Below are positions 61,601 to 64,000 of a stretch of DNA of 64,000 bases, piece after piece. Origin of the DNA: Marsupella aquatica (lineage: Eukaryota > Plantae > Marchantiophyta); NCBI GenBank assembly GCA_973895155.1, contig OZ316899.1, positions 11,001,135 to 11,065,134 on the forward strand, written 5' to 3'. Made by a program: the position numbers and the translations under genes. The notes under the pieces are model-generated. The model was not told the origin of the DNA, ran no database searches, and saw nothing but the letters and a program-made list of their open reading frames with translations. Each line of letters starts with the position of its first letter. Positions within the stretch are counted from its first letter, which is position 1.

Positions 61601-63837
61601 GAGCAAAGCCTTTGGTTTGCTCCCATGCCAGACATGGGACAATTCAAATTAGGATTTTCTAGTTCATATGCCGATGTTCGCTAGAGTTTGCACGGATGAC
61701 GGCCTTCTGAGCACGTTCGCTCAAAATATGACATTATGGTTCCCCACCCTCACCAACACTAAAGGCTTTAAAGCAGATTATTCATGTTTTTGCGGAAAAA
61801 AACCTATCCATGTTCCTCACCACTGTCGCAATTCTCCTCAGTGCAGTAGATATTGTTCCAATGGCTTGTTGCACTGCAGGCTGGGTTCAAATTAACCTGA
61901 AGCCTTGAAATTTCCTGTGAAAGATCTGAGATGAAGGTGAGTTTACAGACGGCGAGGATGTCTTTCTATGGTCGTACAAATGACCGAGAAGGGGATTAAA
62001 CATCAATTTTTTTATAAGAGCATCCCTCATCCATCAAAATATCTGGGTCGGTGGGCATATTCTTTCGAGTAAGTCTTCACACTATCCCACATATTTATAT
62101 CACTCTCCAGGGCACTATCTTTGTAATAAAGGGACTCATCAGCGTTGGAACGATTTTGGAAAAGTTAAAAATATGGCAGTTGTACAACTGGCAACATGGA
62201 GGAGCTAGACGATAGGCTCTCTGTCTTCAGTCCACCATCTCACCTGCAGTCTGTAGGACTCGGTGCCCAACGAGGGCGGGGGAATTGTAACATTATTGTA
62301 GTCCCAAGTTAATTTGGCCTGTAAAATCTGATTGACCAGTGCATTCGCTCAGTGGTAAACCAACTGTTCTCACACTCATTGCATCTCACGTAAGTCCAAA
62401 ATGAAGTCCCGGATCAGGGATGCTTCAGCAAAGTAAAAGTTACTAACGGTTTTGTTGTCGAGGATTAGCTGGAAGGCTTGAGCCGATGCAGGACTCCGAA
62501 GGATGGCAGCAGTTAATAAACTTTATTGCATCGCAATTTAATTTGGGATCTCATTGAACTTGGAAATTAGACACTAGGCTGGTCACTTCACACTGATGTG
62601 GTCCGCATGACAACCTCTGGCATTGGAGTGCGGGGCATTTCTTTGCAGTGTGCGGATTGAATTTGTGACAAAGGATTTTGCTCAGCGTTTGCTGACAGAT
62701 ACTACTCACTCCTACAGTATTTTGTGTGTACTGGATGGAACAAAGCGAAGCGGGTACCTTCGGCATTCATGAGTGAAATGTCTAACTCTGGCCAGGGAGA
62801 ACCTGCTGACTATTTTAGTGATGTATCGTGTTATAATGACACCCAAAAACGGCTGCACACATGGGATCTCTTTTTTTGACAATCTCGTAATAATGCCACT
62901 TAAGAAGTAGCGGGGCAAGTTGGGAATGAGAAATTTATTAAGCCTATATGCTAGAAATGTTATAAACACCGACTTTATCGTGATTGTAGGCAACCTCGTC
63001 GTCCAACTCGATCAAAACTTCTGCATAGTATTTCAGTTGAAACATACTGGAGCCCTTGCTAAGATCTTCGTACTTCTCATTCATCGTTTTTCAGACCACA
63101 CAGATTTCCTGTTAGCAGGAAATCGAGACCTCTTGGTGGAGGAAAACCTCTGGATTGTTTCTGAACTCTATATACAAGTCAAGGTAGTGAACTCCTTCCT
63201 CGTGTTCCCTTCACCCTCCCCTCGTGCAGACCCCTCAAGCCGCCCGAGGCCCTGTGAGGGCCCCGCGAAATATTTGCAAAGCCCTCAGGCACCCGAGGTT
63301 CCAGTCTGAACGTTGGAGATGATCTTAGGAACCGAGGACATTATTTCCAGATGAAGTCATTTCAACACGAAGCCGAAATGGAGAGGACGCTTTTTTTTCT
63401 TCTGTTTTTTCTGTTTCTGGAACAGTCTTTCGTCATTGGACGTTCTCTTGGATCATGGACCTGGACTAAGCTGTTCTGTTGATGAAAGATTTTGAAATGT
63501 GTACAGGTTGAGCTTGCTCATGGTGGGAGGGGCCCCCCGTTATCCGTAGAGCGTCACAATGGTTACAGCAATGTCAGCGGTGGTGTCAACAGGGGACTGG
63601 ACGGTGGTGGGCGTACTGGCGGTGTTTCAAGGCGCTCGGAGTATCGAGGTTCGTGAATATTTTTGTTTGCCTTCGGTCTGGTCTTATGTGATAGTTGTTC
63701 GGACAATTCTTGGCATTGGTGGTTTCATGCAATGTCTTGTTCTCCTTAGCATATCAGAGCCACTCCCCTCAGAAACTTCTCTGCTTGCAGTGATTGTGAC
63801 GGGACTTCCAGCGTCTGCATCGTGGCAAGATCTCAAG
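55699..63837 (+). CDS. SR30/SR34-like (ASF/SF2 family) splicing factor, 5' part. Exons 55699-55785, 56309-56374, 56631-56705, 63507-63648, 63791-63837; continues past the window
   Basis: [29 protein letters not shown]|[22 protein letters not shown]|[25 protein letters not shown]|VELAHGGRG...VSRRSEYR|[20 protein letters not shown] introns with consistent phases. Confidence 0.96.
57000..63300 (-). mobile_element. Possible highly degenerate LINE filling the 6.8-kb SR intron
   Basis: Weak minus-strand remnants: SFFADVTL at ~58660 (FADD-like) and CPLL at ~58760. The size fits a LINE. Boundaries uncertain. Confidence 0.35.
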
Positions 63838-64000
63838 GTATCGTCAAGGAGAGTGTTTCATGGAGAGCGTAAAATTTCATTCGCATGTGTTACTTGAGTG
63901 TGTTGAGATCTCTGATATGGAAGCATCGTATAAGGAATGAAGCTAACACCCTTCACTGAAAGGTTAGCAAGATCTGCGTCGTCCCTGTTATCCTTATTCG

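Overview
Eukaryotic land-plant DNA (bryophyte-like by the style of its elements; inference). About 55 kb is nested transposons, followed by the 5' part of a host SR splicing-factor gene. (1) A CACTA element running from beyond the left edge to 13454. Its first coding exon can be spliced in frame either to a SET-domain exon or to the transposase exons. It is interrupted by a 4.8-kb coding insertion that looks like a solo LTR. (2) A patchwork of host-gene fragments: TTM-type uridine-kinase-domain exons and a PsbP first exon. (3) A very young, intact 14.8-kb Ty3/gypsy element (16709-31480, TSD CTCGC). Each of its 4.08-kb LTRs contains a complete, identical 618-aa ORF. (4) A Plavaka-like transposase remnant, another homolog of the LTR-borne protein family, and an integrase-PHD remnant. 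(5) A PIF/Harbinger element (40920-51613, TSD TAA) whose Myb/SANT gene is split by two solo LTRs, one coding and one apparently non-coding. (6) A gag-protease remnant cut by a second CACTA end. (7) An SR30/SR34-like gene with a 6.8-kb intron. The two most notable signals are the family of giant protein-coding LTRs, which leave a whole gene behind as solo LTRs, and the SET-domain exon inside the CACTA transposase gene. All domain calls are from motif recognition by eye; no searches were run.
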